A stretch of DNA of 64,000 nucleotides from Lama glama (Eukaryota). A program made the translations under genes and the position numbers. Each line of letters begins with the position of its first letter. The stretch's first letter is position 1. The DNA lies in the NCBI GenBank assembly GCA_028534125.1, contig CM052816.1, positions 99,264,001 through 99,328,000 of the forward strand, in the 5' to 3' direction. Positions 20,681-33,394 of the stretch are shown here, one piece after another. The notes under the pieces are model-generated. The model worked only from the letters and a program-made list of their open reading frames with translations, ran no database searches and was not told the origin of the DNA.

Positions 20681-22909
20681 CGCAAGTTCTGTTTAAAATG
20701 ATTCCAGCGGGAAGCACCAGGGTTCATTATATCAGGCAGAGTTTCTCATTAAACGTGTAGATTGACAGTCGGAACTAACTGTCATTTGTGGCTTCCTTAG
20801 AGTTCCCCGAATCAAAAATATATATACATATACCTTTTTTCCCTTGCACAAGTGATATTATATTTAGAATAAAATAGTGAAATTGTGACTACTCGGTGGC
20901 TGGTAGATGTCTGCTTTGTGTAAAAACAGCAGTGCTGTTTCTTGCTTTATTGCTTCTCTGAAAGAAGAGGCACCCTAAGAAAAAGTCAACCCAATTCAGA
21001 GGTTAATCACCAACATTTCTAGTTTAAGTCAAAATAATGGGTAAGAGGGACCCGGGCTACCTGGGAGATATTTAAATATTAACCACAAACCCAAGAGATG
21101 CACGTACCCAGCTCCATTTTCTCCCCGCTTAGTTCATGTGTGCATTTCACTTTCACTACATCCGATAAAGCCTTTATGGCAAATTCCTTGTAATGCAACC
21201 ATGAACGAAGGGTCAAAAAATTAACATCCCTTCGTGCTTGGAAAAGTGACTTGATGAAGGAAAGGTGTACACTCATTACAAACATATCGTTTTTCCTCAA
21301 AGATCTGAGGCCCCTAGGTGACACTGTTCTGCATCTTAACATAAAATATGTAATGCAGAATCTTCTGGTATTAACAGATAGCACCAGAGCACTCTGCCCT
21401 GGGCACTTTGCAAAGATGCAAGATAGTCATGCCTTGAGGTATGTAAAGAAAATAAAGAAAATATTTCTTCCATAAATACAGGAGCCTCATCGTCAATGAG
21501 CTGGTGTTCTGGACGGCACTGTCAATACGAAATGTCATTGCAGGGCCAAGCTGCCTTCCTGATTTAAAAAAAAAAATAGAATCATGTATATGTGTCTGTG
21601 TACGTGTGCTTACATATTCAGAAATGGATGCAAGGGATAGAAAAAGCTGTAGGAACTACTCCTCAAAAAATGAATGCAGTTTTCTGGAGAACAACCCTAA
21701 GGACCTAGTCATTGCTGAGAGATCTTTTACTAAGGAGTGACTTCCATGGAGCTATGCTTTGTTCGTTGTTCACTTTCTACTTATCCACTTCCTTAAAAAA
21801 AAAGTTATGAGAGGGACACTCCTGTCTGTGCAAAGCTTTCATACACCTACCTTCTAGAAAGAGTGTTTCAATTTACAATAAACTGATTTTCAGCTCACAG
21901 TCTCTTTCCCTCATTCTGTCAGGAGCTTGGATTTCTCTCTTAAGGTAGATTCTCTGAGGCCCCCTGAGCAACGACAGATTTGAAAGCACTGTCTCTGGAA
22001 AGCTTTTTCTCATTCTTTTTTCTCAGTCTTTCACAGCGAGAATTTATTTCAGAAGGTTGCTCTGAACCCTTTATGTATAAATATAGACAGATCCGGATAC
22101 AGATAGAGATGGCATGGATAGAGATGCAGATACAGATACGCTGTTGCTTAAATTCTCTGGGTGTCACCTTCCCTCTGATTTGCATGCCTGCCTCTTCCTC
22201 GCGCTGTTCCCCCAGGGCAGGCAGAAGTATTTCTTGTGCTTTTTGTGCATCGCTGACTATCCCTTTCAAGTGCTTTAAAAAATAAATGATTAGAAATTTT
22301 TTGAAAAAGTCTTCACCTTTGTCCTTGGATCTTAAAGTATTACTTGAACACTCTTTCTGAGTACAGCACAAGCCAGGGTAACATGTGCTGTCTTAAATCA
22401 ACAGTACCTTCATGGTCTTGGCATTTACAATTCTGTAAGTCAAGCCAAGATGGAAAACAATACCCTTCTTTAACTGCATGAAAGACTTTGAATCCATATT
22501 GCTTGAAAGAGCCCAGAATGCTGACCATTGTGTTAAAAAAGTGAACTTGGCAAAAAATATTTATTTAGAAGGATGTAGACTACATCCCTGAAAAATCTGC
22601 AGCTTTATTAAAAATGATATGGAAAAATAAATTTGTCCACAGAATTGCTCATGGTTTTATGCCCATAATGGATTTTCTTTGGAATATAGTTCACATGCAA
22701 AAGCTATAATGCAAATTGAATGTATTTTCCTTAGAGCTGCATTAGACATTGCAAATACTTTTATGTGGTTCAAAAATGTATGAGATGAGTGCATATGATA
22801 GTGTTGATATTCTAAATTATTGGGGAAAATAGATGGTTCATCAAATAGCATTGAGAAATCTGACTTGCTGCCAAAAAATAAAACTGATTCAACTTTAAAA
22901 GATTTAAAA

Positions 22910-25435
22910 TAGTTGAAATTGTGCACAGTGTTTTCTTTGGTTACAGTAAATTAAACTAGAAATCAATATTAGGTATCTAGACAGTCCTCCAAAATTTGAG
23001 AAATAAACAACATTCTTCTAAATACCCCTGAATGAAAGGGTCAGTCACACAGAGAACTGAAATGCACGTAAAATTAATTACAGTTGAAGGACATTGTACA
23101 AAAATATATGAGATGTAGATAAAGAAATTCTTTGAGGGAAATTTATAGCACTGAATGCTTAAATTAAAAATAAGAAATGTTTCAAATTAATTGTTTAAAA
23201 TTATAAATTAATAAATTAGAGAGGAAGAGAAAATTAAACCTAAATTAATCATAAAGAAGGAAATGACAAATAAAATAGCAGAATTCAATAAAATTAAAAG
23301 CAGAAAAATCAATGGATTCAAAGCAGATTGTTTGAAAAAGATCAACAAAATTGACAAACCTTTTAGCTAGCTCTTTTCAGGATTAAAAAAAAAAAGAGAG
23401 GACATAGGTTATTATAATATCAGAAATAGAAGAAATGACATCACTGGAGAGTTTACAGATATTAAAAGGATGGTAGGGTAATATTACTAAAGATACACAA
23501 ACACACATTTCACAATGTCCTAGATTAAACAAATAGATTTTGATACAAAATACTAAAGCTCATTCAAAAATAAATATATTACCTGAATAGTATAATGTCT
23601 ATTAAAATTACATTTTTAGTTTAAAATATTCTCACTGGATTCAATTATCTTTACTGGCAAATTCTACCAACACTTGTGGAAAATAAATACCAATTGTATA
23701 TAACCTCTACCAGAAAACCAGAAAACACAGAGCAGGGAAAATTCCAAATTTGTTTTATGAGCCCAACACTATTCTGAAATCAAAACTAGACAAAGATATT
23801 CTCCAAAAAGGAACAATATAGATTAATAACCCTAAAGAACATAGTCACAAAAATATTTAACAAAACATAAGGGAATCAAATCCAGCAATACATAAAAGGC
23901 TAAGACAATAAAACAAAAAAAGCTAAGAAGTCACAACTGAGTGGTATTTATCCCAGTGATGAAAGCCTTGGTCAACATGTGTAAATTGACCAGTGTAATT
24001 CACTACGTCACTATGCTTCAGGTGAAAAACCAAGCCATTTTTTCCACAGATACAAAAAAAGCATTGACAAAATTCAACAACCATTCTTGATAAAAACGGC
24101 CTTAATGTGAGAAGGGCCATCTGCAAAGAACCACAGCTAACACACTTAACAGTGACAGACAGTACTTCCCCAAAGATTGAGAACAAAGACAAAGGTGTCC
24201 CTTATCAACATTTCTATTCAGTATCGGTGTTAGTTTTCTCCTGATGTGGCAACAAATTACCAAAGACTCAGTAGCTTAGGACAACCTAGATTTATTATTT
24301 TATGTATCTGGGAGTCAGAAGTCTGCCACAGATCTCACTCAGGTAAAACCTAGCTGTCAGCAGGGCCTCCTGGCTAAGTAGCAGCCACAGAGGAGACTCT
24401 GTTTCCTGCTTGTTCAGGTCATTGGCAGAATTCAGTTTTTTGCAGTTATAAGCCTGAGGTCCCCCATTTCTTGCTGGCTGTCCACTGAGGGCTGTTTCGA
24501 CTTCCCTTGTGAGTCTGCCCACATCCCTTGCCACATGGACCCTTTCCCCACATTCAAAATCACTAGCAGTGGTCTGAGTCTCTTACAATCAGAGGTCTTC
24601 TCTGTTTCTTTCTTCTCAGCCATGCAGCTCTACCTGAAAGGATTCCTGTAATTTTAAGGTTCAACGTGTTAGATTACATCCAGTTGGATAATCCAGAATA
24701 ATCACTTTATTTCAAGGTCCATACTATTAGTTACACCTGCAAAATCCTTTTTGCTGCTTCAGGGAACATTTTCACAAGTTCTGAGAATTAGTGTGTGAAC
24801 ATCAGTTTTTGGATGGGGGCATTATTTTGCGTACCAAAATATATGGAGGAACAATCCAGTACTATATGACAAGAAAAATGAAGAAGTGGCATGAGAAGAA
24901 ATTAAAAATTAAAATTAAAATTATCTTTATTCATAGACTAGATGACTATCAATGTCAAAATGCCAAAGCATCTTCAGAAACAGTACTAGATATAACATGT
25001 GGGTTCTGCAATATCATGCTATAGAAAGTTAATACACAAAAATCAATTGTACTTTTATACATTAGCAACGAACAAGTAGATAGTGAAAATCTTAAATAAA
25101 ACACAATTTTCAATAAGACCAAAAATCTTGAAATTCTAATAAAATTGTTCAAGATTTGTACAATAACAATTGTAAACTGAAGAGAGAATTCAAAGAAAGA
25201 CTAAATGAAAAAAAATATATATATACACACATATGTATAGTATTCATGAATCAGAAGTCTGAATTGTATTAAGATGTCAGTTTCGTCTAATGGATTTATA
25301 GATTCGAAGCAATCCTAACTAAATTCTCTGTCGGCATCTTTTTTAAATCAAGAGGTGATTTAAAATTTATATGCAAGTCCAATATATCAATCATTGGAGT
25401 CTCCAAAAGTATAAAATAAAACAAATGAAACAAGA
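22910..25435 (+). mobile_element. Old L1 ORF2 fragment split by an MLT1 LTR
   Basis: Sense L1 ORF2 text ('gagggaaatttatagcactgaatgctta', 'tttgaaaaagatcaacaaaattgacaaacc', 'gcattgacaaaattcaacaaccattcttgataaaaac') resumes after 24838; many stops. Confidence 0.85.
24224..24838 (-). mobile_element. MaLR solo LTR (MLT1 family), ~610 bp
   Basis: Reverse-complement MLT1 ends: 'gttagttttctc...gcaacaaattaccaaagactcagtagctta' and 'gggggcattattttgcgtacca'. Confidence 0.85.
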
Positions 25436-25869
25436 AGTTTTTCTTCAGAGCAAGAGGCTTCCCAGGCGCCGCAGAACCCAAAGGCGATCTCCGCCCCTGC
25501 CGCAGAGAGGGACGGCTTCCTGAGTGCATGTCTGCTTTAATAACTTCTTTCTGAAATGAAGACAATTTAAATCTGTTTTAAAAGGCCACATTTTTGGTCA
25601 AGGAAAAACTGATCTAAAAACGAGATCTATCCTGTCAAAATTATTGTCTTTAGCGCACAAGAACCAAGGGTTTATTTTTTCTCTCCATAAGCTCCACATG
25701 GGGAAACGACAGAGGAAGAAGTTCAGCCAGTCAAGTAGTGACTATGGACACTAAACCCCAGGTATAAACTATGACTACCTAGGGGGACTGAACAAAACAC
25801 AAGGGTAATGTGCTTTCACAGCGTGAAATAAGGCAATCAGTAAAGATGTCACAAAGGGAAAAAATACAT

Positions 25870-28825
25870 TTTTTAAGTGGAATATTAAGAGAAATATAAA
25901 GATATTTAGCAGAATAATATTAATGCTAAAATATATCATTATTCACTAAGATTGATGCTAATGAATGATCCATAAGACAGCAAAAAGATGCTCTCTTTGC
26001 TATTGATTACATGAGGGATTAACAGATACTGCATAAATAATCAAAGGATGAAGGGTACTGTATTAAGTTTTAATTATAAAAATAACCACTAAAACAATCA
26101 AAACTGCCTGCCTTCCTAAGTATCAGAAATCTATTCACAAAAAAGCAAGGTAAAATTGAACACATATTAAAGACTTACACATAGAAAATTACAAAATAAT
26201 ATAAAACAACCAAGACCAAACATGTTTCTTATTTCAATAAATGTAAATAAGCACTTTTAAAAATTCAGTTAAATCATAAAGTAAAACCCAAGTTTATGCT
26301 CTTCTGTTTAAAACAATACATTCTAAAAATAGAAAACAAAAGAATAGGCTAAGATATGCAAGAAAAAGAGAAAAAGAAAACATAGGACATAATTTTAAGA
26401 TCAGACAAAACAAGCAGTTTAGGTGAGAGCATTCAACAAGATAAAAAACAAAAAGAAACTATAGTATAAAAATGAACTGTTGACAAGGAACGTGTCATGT
26501 GTGAAATAGCATAGTTGCCATATTAACAAGGCAGAAATTACAGGAACTGCAAGAAGAAATAGAAGAAACGTGAGTAGTGGGCACTTCAGCTCATCCCTCA
26601 CCCTCCACGACAGACCAAATTTTAAATAAGAATATCTAAAAGTCCGAATAATGCAACCAATAACAAGATCTGCCTTACACAGAGCAAATACTATACCCTG
26701 AAAATAGAGGCAATATCTTCTTTCTTTGTGTATGTGGCATGGTCACTAAAATCGCCTGTATACTAGGGCACAAATAAAGCATCAGAACTTGTGATGCTTC
26801 TTGTGTTTCACTACTGAGTAGAATACTGGCTTTTGGACAAAAGAAGATATATTCTGTCAATTACAAAATGGCCATCTGTTCTTGATTTATTAATTTTTCT
26901 AAAATCATAAATAATTGTTGAATATTTCCAAATGCTTGTCAGCATGTATAGAGATGAGCATTTTTTCTTCTTTATGGATTAGGTCAATAGATTTCCTTAT
27001 ATGCAACCATCCTTACTTACATCTGGAATCAGCTCCACAAGATTATTAAATGATTATGTCTGTTAAATGCTTTCTGATTATGTTTACTCAGTTTTCATTT
27101 AGGATTTTTTTACATATATATATATGTATATGTGAGATTGCTGATTCATTAGTATGTGAAATAATTCATTTGACTATCATCATGATCATTATCACCAATA
27201 TCACCTAACAACACGTGGAAGGCTGTAGTCACACAATCAGATCAGAGATAAACAAATCAAGATAAAAAATTAGAAAAGACAATGCTCTCCCTATATGATA
27301 ATATGTTACCTGAAAAAACTAAGGGAATCAGGTGATATATTGCTGAAAACAATACCAAAATTCAGAAATTATACAAAGTAGAAAAATAATTAATATATAT
27401 AAGTTTAAAAAGCCTTCATGATGGAAAAAGTGCCCATTAAAAGTAACAAAACCCAAATATAAAATAACTAGGAAAAATTTAACAAGAAATAAGCAATATC
27501 GACTTGAAGTAAACTTTCAAATATTATATGAAGAACATAAAAAGAACTGAATATAGAATATGGAATATACATACCATGCCCTTGAACATGAATACTCAAA
27601 AATAAATACATATAATCATTTACAATTTAATTTACCAATTTATAATGCCAATAAATATATGACAACAGATATTTTGGGAGTAATAAAACCTTGATCATAA
27701 AGCTCACGTGGAAAGAAAAACTCAGAAAATAATATGAGAGAAAAATCAATGGAAGGTGAATAGCCCCACAAGATCTTAAAACACATAATAAAATCTCCAC
27801 TATTAAAATAATGTGGAGCTGGCACATGAAGAGATAGACCAAAGGAAATACACTGAAATGCACTGGGACTTTGGAATATTATTAATATGGCAGTTAAAAT
27901 AAGAAAGGTAAAGATAGATTTTTCAATAAGAGGTATCGGGTCAACCGGGCTGATTTATGAAAACATTAATGTTGGACCCATTCTTCACACTACACCTCAG
28001 AATTACTTCAGATGTTTCAAGGGTTTAATTATAAAATGTAAACTATTAAAGGACCAGAAAGTATGGCAAAATTACTTAATAATCTTGGAGAAAGGAAGGT
28101 CTGACTAAACTTGAGAGGCCATGAAATATAGTTAAATTTTACCACAAAAGCCAAATTTTTCTATATGAATAACAACAACAACAAAAGCAAAAAGAAATGC
28201 ATAAAAACCAAATCTGAGAAAAATGGCAAACTAGAAAGACTTTTTGCAATGAATATCACTAGCCAAGAACTGTTCTCCCTAAGAGACAGAGTTCCTCATT
28301 GATAAGAAAAAGACCAACAACTCAACAGAAGAAAAAGCAAAAGGTATAAACAAAGATTCCACAGGAAAGGAAATACAAATATTAAAGAAAGATGCTCAGC
28401 CTCACTCATACTGAAGGAACTGCACATTAAAATTGCACGGAGGTGCCATGTCTGTCTACCAGATGGAAGAAATCAGACAGTTTGATTCGGTACTCTTTCA
28501 GGGAAGCAGGGAGGGAGGAAACATTGTTAACCACAGCTATTGGAAGGGTAAACTAGTGCAATCTCTGTAGAGGGCAATTTGGCATATTTATCAAAACTAC
28601 AAATGCCTGTATATTTTGACCTAACGATTCCACTTCTGGGAATTTACCCTGGCTAACAGAAAAAAAAAAAGTATGTATATGGTTGCTTACTATGGCATTA
28701 TTTCTAATAGCAAAATTGAACCAATGTAAATATTCATTAACAAGGTACAGATTTACTAAATTACCAACTACATAAGTTAATACAAACATACAACAGAATA
28801 CTATAAAGCAAAATAGAGAACACAA
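25870..28825 (+). mobile_element. Very old L1M (ORF2 start to 3'UTR) with an internal inverted segment ~26860-27150; 3'UTR resumes ~30510-30790
   Basis: Degenerate sense L1 ORF2 motifs ('caataaatgtaaataagc', 'ttggacccattcttcacactac', 'aacgattccacttctgggaatttaccct'). Confidence 0.7.
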
Positions 28826-28829
28826 ATAA

Positions 28830-29833
28830 ATAACAAGGGATTATGGCCTGGAAGAATTAATATTGTTAAAGTGTTAAATATTATCCAAAGTGAGCTATAG
28901 ATTCAATGCAATCCCTATCACAATTCCAATGGCTTTTTTATTTTTCAGAAATAGAAAGAAGACATCTTAAAATTCTTATGCAAGCTCACAGGGCCCCCAA
29001 CAGCCAAAACAATTTTGAAAAAGAGGAGCAAATCTGGAGGCTTTACACTTCCTTATTTCAAAACGTGTTATAAACCCACGGTAATCAAAATGGTGTGGTA
29101 CTGGGATGGAGGCAGAAATATAAGTCAGTGGAACAGAATAGATAGTCCAGAAATAAACCCTTGTGTATATGGTTAAACTGTCTTTGACAAGGATGTAAAA
29201 ACCACCACAGTGGGAAAGAACCACCTCTTCAACAAACAATACCAGGAAAACCAAATAACTATATGCAAATAAATGAAGTTGCACCACTATCTTACCCGGT
29301 ATACAAAATTTTAACTCAGAATGGATTAAATACTGAAACAAAAGATCTAAAACTTTAAAACTCCCAGAAGGAAATGTGGGGGAAAATGTCATGACACTGA
29401 ATTTGGCAACAAATTTTTGGATATGACACCAAAAGCACAGGTAACACAAGCAAAAATAGAAAGATGGACCATATCAAATTTAAAACAAAACAAAACAAAA
29501 CAAAAAACTTCTGTGCATCAAAATAAACACTTAATAGAGTGAACAGCAATCTCCGAGTGGGAGGAAGTATTTGCAAATGATATATATGAAAAGCGAGTAA
29601 TATCTAGAATATATTAAGAACCTCTATAACTCACAACCATAAAAAACCCCACAAAAAAACCTTATTAAAAATGAGAAAATAATTTGAATAAATATTTCTC
29701 CAAAGATACACAAATGGCCAACAAGCATATGAAAAGATGGTTCAACATCACTAACCATTAGATAAGTGCAAATCAAAGCCACAATGAGATGTTACCTCAC
29801 ACCCATTAGGATGGCCAATATAAACACACACAT

Positions 29834-29870
<37 letters not shown>

Positions 29871-30510
29871 CACACAGAAAGACAGAAAATAATAAGTGTT
29901 GACAAGAATGTTTTTGGAGAAGTTAGAAATCTTAGAACTCTTGTAAATTGTTGGTAGGAATGTACAATGGTACAGTCATTACAAAAAATGATATGGAGGG
30001 TTCTCACAAATGTAAAAATAGAATGACCATATACTTTAGCAATCCCATATCTGGGTATATACCCAAAAGAAAGCAGGAATTTGAAGAGATATTTGCATGT
30101 CTGCATTCACTGTGGTATTACTCACAATAGTGAAGAGGTATGAGCAGTCCAAACGTCCACAGACAAATGGACAAGGAAAACGTGGTATATACATATAATG
30201 GAAGGCTATTCAGCCTTGAAAAAGAAGAAAATGCTATCACATGCTACAACGTGGATGATCCTTGAGTACATTATGAAGTGAAATAAGCTCATTACTAAAG
30301 GAAAATGCTGTATAACTGCGCTTACATGAGATATTTAATTAGTAAAACTTACAGAAACAAAAGTAGAATGTTGGTTGCCAGGGGCTAGGGTAAGGAGGAA
30401 GAGGTATAAAGTTCTAATTTTGCAAATTCTAGAGACCTGTTGCAGGACAATGTGAATATAATTAACACTACTAAACTGCACACTTAAAAATTAAGACAAT
30501 TTTTTAAAAA
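28830..30510 (+). mobile_element. L1 (L1MB-like) ORF2 3' half plus 3'UTR, nested in the older L1
   Basis: 'tatagattcaatgcaatccctatca', the MQIKATMRCYLTPIRMA remnant (ORF 29766+), and a 3'UTR ending 'aattaacactactaaactgcacacttaaaaa'. Confidence 0.88.
29824..29876. repeat. Interrupted (CA)n microsatellite inside L1
   Basis: Read directly. Confidence 0.95.
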
Positions 30511-31299
30511 AAGACCAAGGAAGTTCTTATATACTTACCAGAAATATCTTGAAGATTTATTAAGTGAAAAAAGGAAGATGAAGATTGGTGTGTATAGTAT
30601 TCTACCTTTTAGATAAAAATGAGACTTTAAGACAATTAGTTTGCATTGGCTAGAATAGGCAGAGATAAATTTTGAAAGTTTATTCGAGAAACTAAACTGA
30701 CTGCTGACCTGTGAGGTCTGTAGGGTATATGGCTGTGAATGGAGCAGATGGAAGAAGAGTGTTTACACTGTCCAGCTGTTCATTTTTATTTATTTTCAAG
30801 TCAGGAGAAAGGGATCCACTTCTAAAATTAAAATTAACAATTAGAAATTTCTTTAAGTCATGCAATCAATAGATTGGAAGTCCCAGTTGGATGAAAGCTC
30901 CGGTTAGAAAAATAGTAAATGTTGAACAGAAGTGATGTTTGGATTTGATGTTCTACATGGGGTTTAGTTATCAACGGTGTGTTCTAGAAATGTGGCCATG
31001 GTGGGGGTGACTGCTTGGGCTGGAGGAAGTGACCACTGGGAGTGATGATATACCAATGCTGAGAGCCTGGGCAGTTCGCGCCATCTTCTACGTGGCTGTC
31101 CAAGTCCTTGGTGATGGTAAAGAGAACAAACCAGAGGGCGAACACCTAAGTGACTGGAGCATGCAGGAGGCTGGTCCATGCCCATCGGGAGGGCAGAGCA
31201 TGGCAGCGTCTGAGGACTTCATCTCAACGGAGCCGGGTGTTTTCAAAGGGGCCGAAAGAGACATGGTCCCCGAACCATAGCAAAAAACAAAAAGGCTCT

Positions 31300-31410
31300 C
31301 TCCCCTTCGCGTTTCATTGCCTCATTAGTAAAACAGGGTTGTTGAGAGGGTGGCATGGGCTAAAAACAGTGCAGACATGTAGTAAGTGTTCCATGTAGCA
31401 TGTGAGAGAG
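31300..31410 (+). mobile_element. MIR fragment
   Basis: 'cctcattagtaaaacagggttgttgagagg...tgtagtaagtgttccatgt' resembles the MIR core and tail. Confidence 0.45.
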
Positions 31411-31439
31411 AACAATCCACCTCTGAGAGGGCTGCAGAA

Positions 31440-31900
31440 GACGTGATGTCTTCTAGAATCGTCAAGTGTCAGTAAGAGCAAGATGTGATGGAGAAACAGA
31501 GACGTAGAGAGTAAAAGGGATTCTTGGCCCAGTGGGAGCTTTGGGAGTGGAAGGGGAGAAGCCGGTGGAGCCAGCAGGAGCTCGGGATCCAGGTGATGAT
31601 GGGGAGGGTACACTGCTGTGGGTGGAGGTCAGCAGGGAGGGCAGGCAAGACGGGGCTGGCCTTGGGGGTCTCTCGCCAAGAATGATAGCATCACGGAGCT
31701 CACTCGAGCCCGTGTTCATGTTAACCCCGTTGTTGGGCACTTGGAATACTCTGTCACCTTGCTGAGAGGACCTGGGATGGTGGGTGAAAGGGATCAGGAG
31801 GAGAGAGCACCAGATGCTGCCTTCTGGCTGCCGTGGGTCAGATCGGGTGTGCTGTGGGTGCCGCACATGCCAGCTCTGAGCTAACAGATGGGTGACCTCA
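31440..31900 (-). mobile_element. Probable L2 fragment
   Basis: Purine-rich antisense L2-like text ('gatccaggtgatgatgggg', 'gggatggtgggtgaaagggatcaggaggagagagc'). Confidence 0.4.
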
Positions 31901-32679
31901 TGCACTTGATGGAAAGAGTGAGAGCACAAAAAGAAGACATCTTTCCTGTCACTGTGGGAGCAGTGCACTTTGCCCAGTTACTTCTCATTCCCCCATGGGG
32001 AAGGGAAGTGTGATCTTCCAGCTGAAACAGCAAGTCATGCCACAGGGTAAGTGATGCAGCCTTCTGTCTTCCAAAGGGCTTATTTAAACGAAGAAGAAGG
32101 AAAAAAGGTAACATTCCCAGACTTTGCAAGTAAGTGATTTATATGTTAGGAACAGATTTCTGCTGTCTTTTCCAATACAGTTTACATGTATGATAAAAAC
32201 TGAGTATAACTATTTTGTACTATTGCTGACCTTGAAAGATACATATATTATTTTTTCCAATTTTTCTTTATGTGCTGAAATGCTCTCTTTCCTCTTTAAG
32301 GGAAAACCAGTGGACTCTTTCCATGGTACAGCGTGTAGGACCAGTACCTGAAAAATTGCCATGAACTTCCCTCCCAAGGACATACAATACATGAATGGAC
32401 CCTTTACCTGTTACCAATGCACAATTTTCAAACTGCAAAGAATTATGGATTTAATTTAGTTTATTAATTTAACTTATTCACTAGTATTTGTATATACAAT
32501 TGAATTCTTTCTAGTCCATTTTAGTTTTGTGATAGATAAAGAAGTATCTAGTTCAAGGATTATTAATTAAATTAAATAATGTTTACAAGACATTTCTTTC
32601 CAAAGCACTAGGAATTTCTTGAAAATAACCCACTCAGAAGGCAGTAGAGGCTAGTGTGGAGAAAACAGGAACTATCCAT

Positions 32680-33394
32680 TAATTTTATTTACTTTTATTT
32701 TAAAATTCAATTCAATTTAATTTAAATTTTTTTCACTGGAGTGTAGCGAGTTACAGCTTGTCAATTTCTGTTGTACAGCATAATGGCCCAGTCATTTATA
32801 TATGCATATACATATATATATGTTCTTTTTCATAGTCTCTTTCATTAAAGGTTATTGCAAGACAGTAAATATAGTTCCCTGTGCTATAAGAATAAATTTG
32901 TTTTTTATGTATTTTTACATATAGTAGTTAATATTTGCAAATCTCAATCTCCCAAATTTATCCTCTCTCACCCCCTTCCCCTGGCAACCATAAGATTTTT
33001 TACTACATCTGCAAGTTTGTTTCAGTTTACAAATGAGTTCATTAGTATCTTCTTTTTTCTTTTTTTCTTTTTTTTAGATTCCACATATGAGTGATATCAT
33101 ATGGTACTTTTCTTTCTCTTCCTGGCTTACTTCACTTAGAATGATGATCCACAGTTCCATCCATGTTGCTGTAAAAGGCATTGTTTTATTTATTTTTATG
33201 GCTGAGTAGTATTCCGTTGTATAAATACACCACAGCTTCTTTATCCAGTCATCTGATGATGGACATTTATGTTGCTTCCATGTCTTGACTGTCATAAACA
33301 GCACTGCTGTGAACACTGGGGTGCAGGTGTCTTTTCGAATTAGAGTCCCCTCCGGATGTGTGCCCAGGGGTGGAATTGCTGGGTCACATGGTAA
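32680..33394 (-). mobile_element. Young 5'-truncated L1, closely related to the 4173-5197 copy
   Basis: ORF 33074..33400(-) reads LPCDPAIPPLG...KTWKQHKCPSSDDWIKKLWCIYTTEYYSAIK...MISLICGI. High nucleotide similarity to 4500-4860. Confidence 0.93.

Noticed and set aside
19234..20717. ORFs of 60-166 aa over the main CpG island
   Set aside because: Same GC artefact; many start at non-ATG codons and none resembles a protein N-terminus I know.
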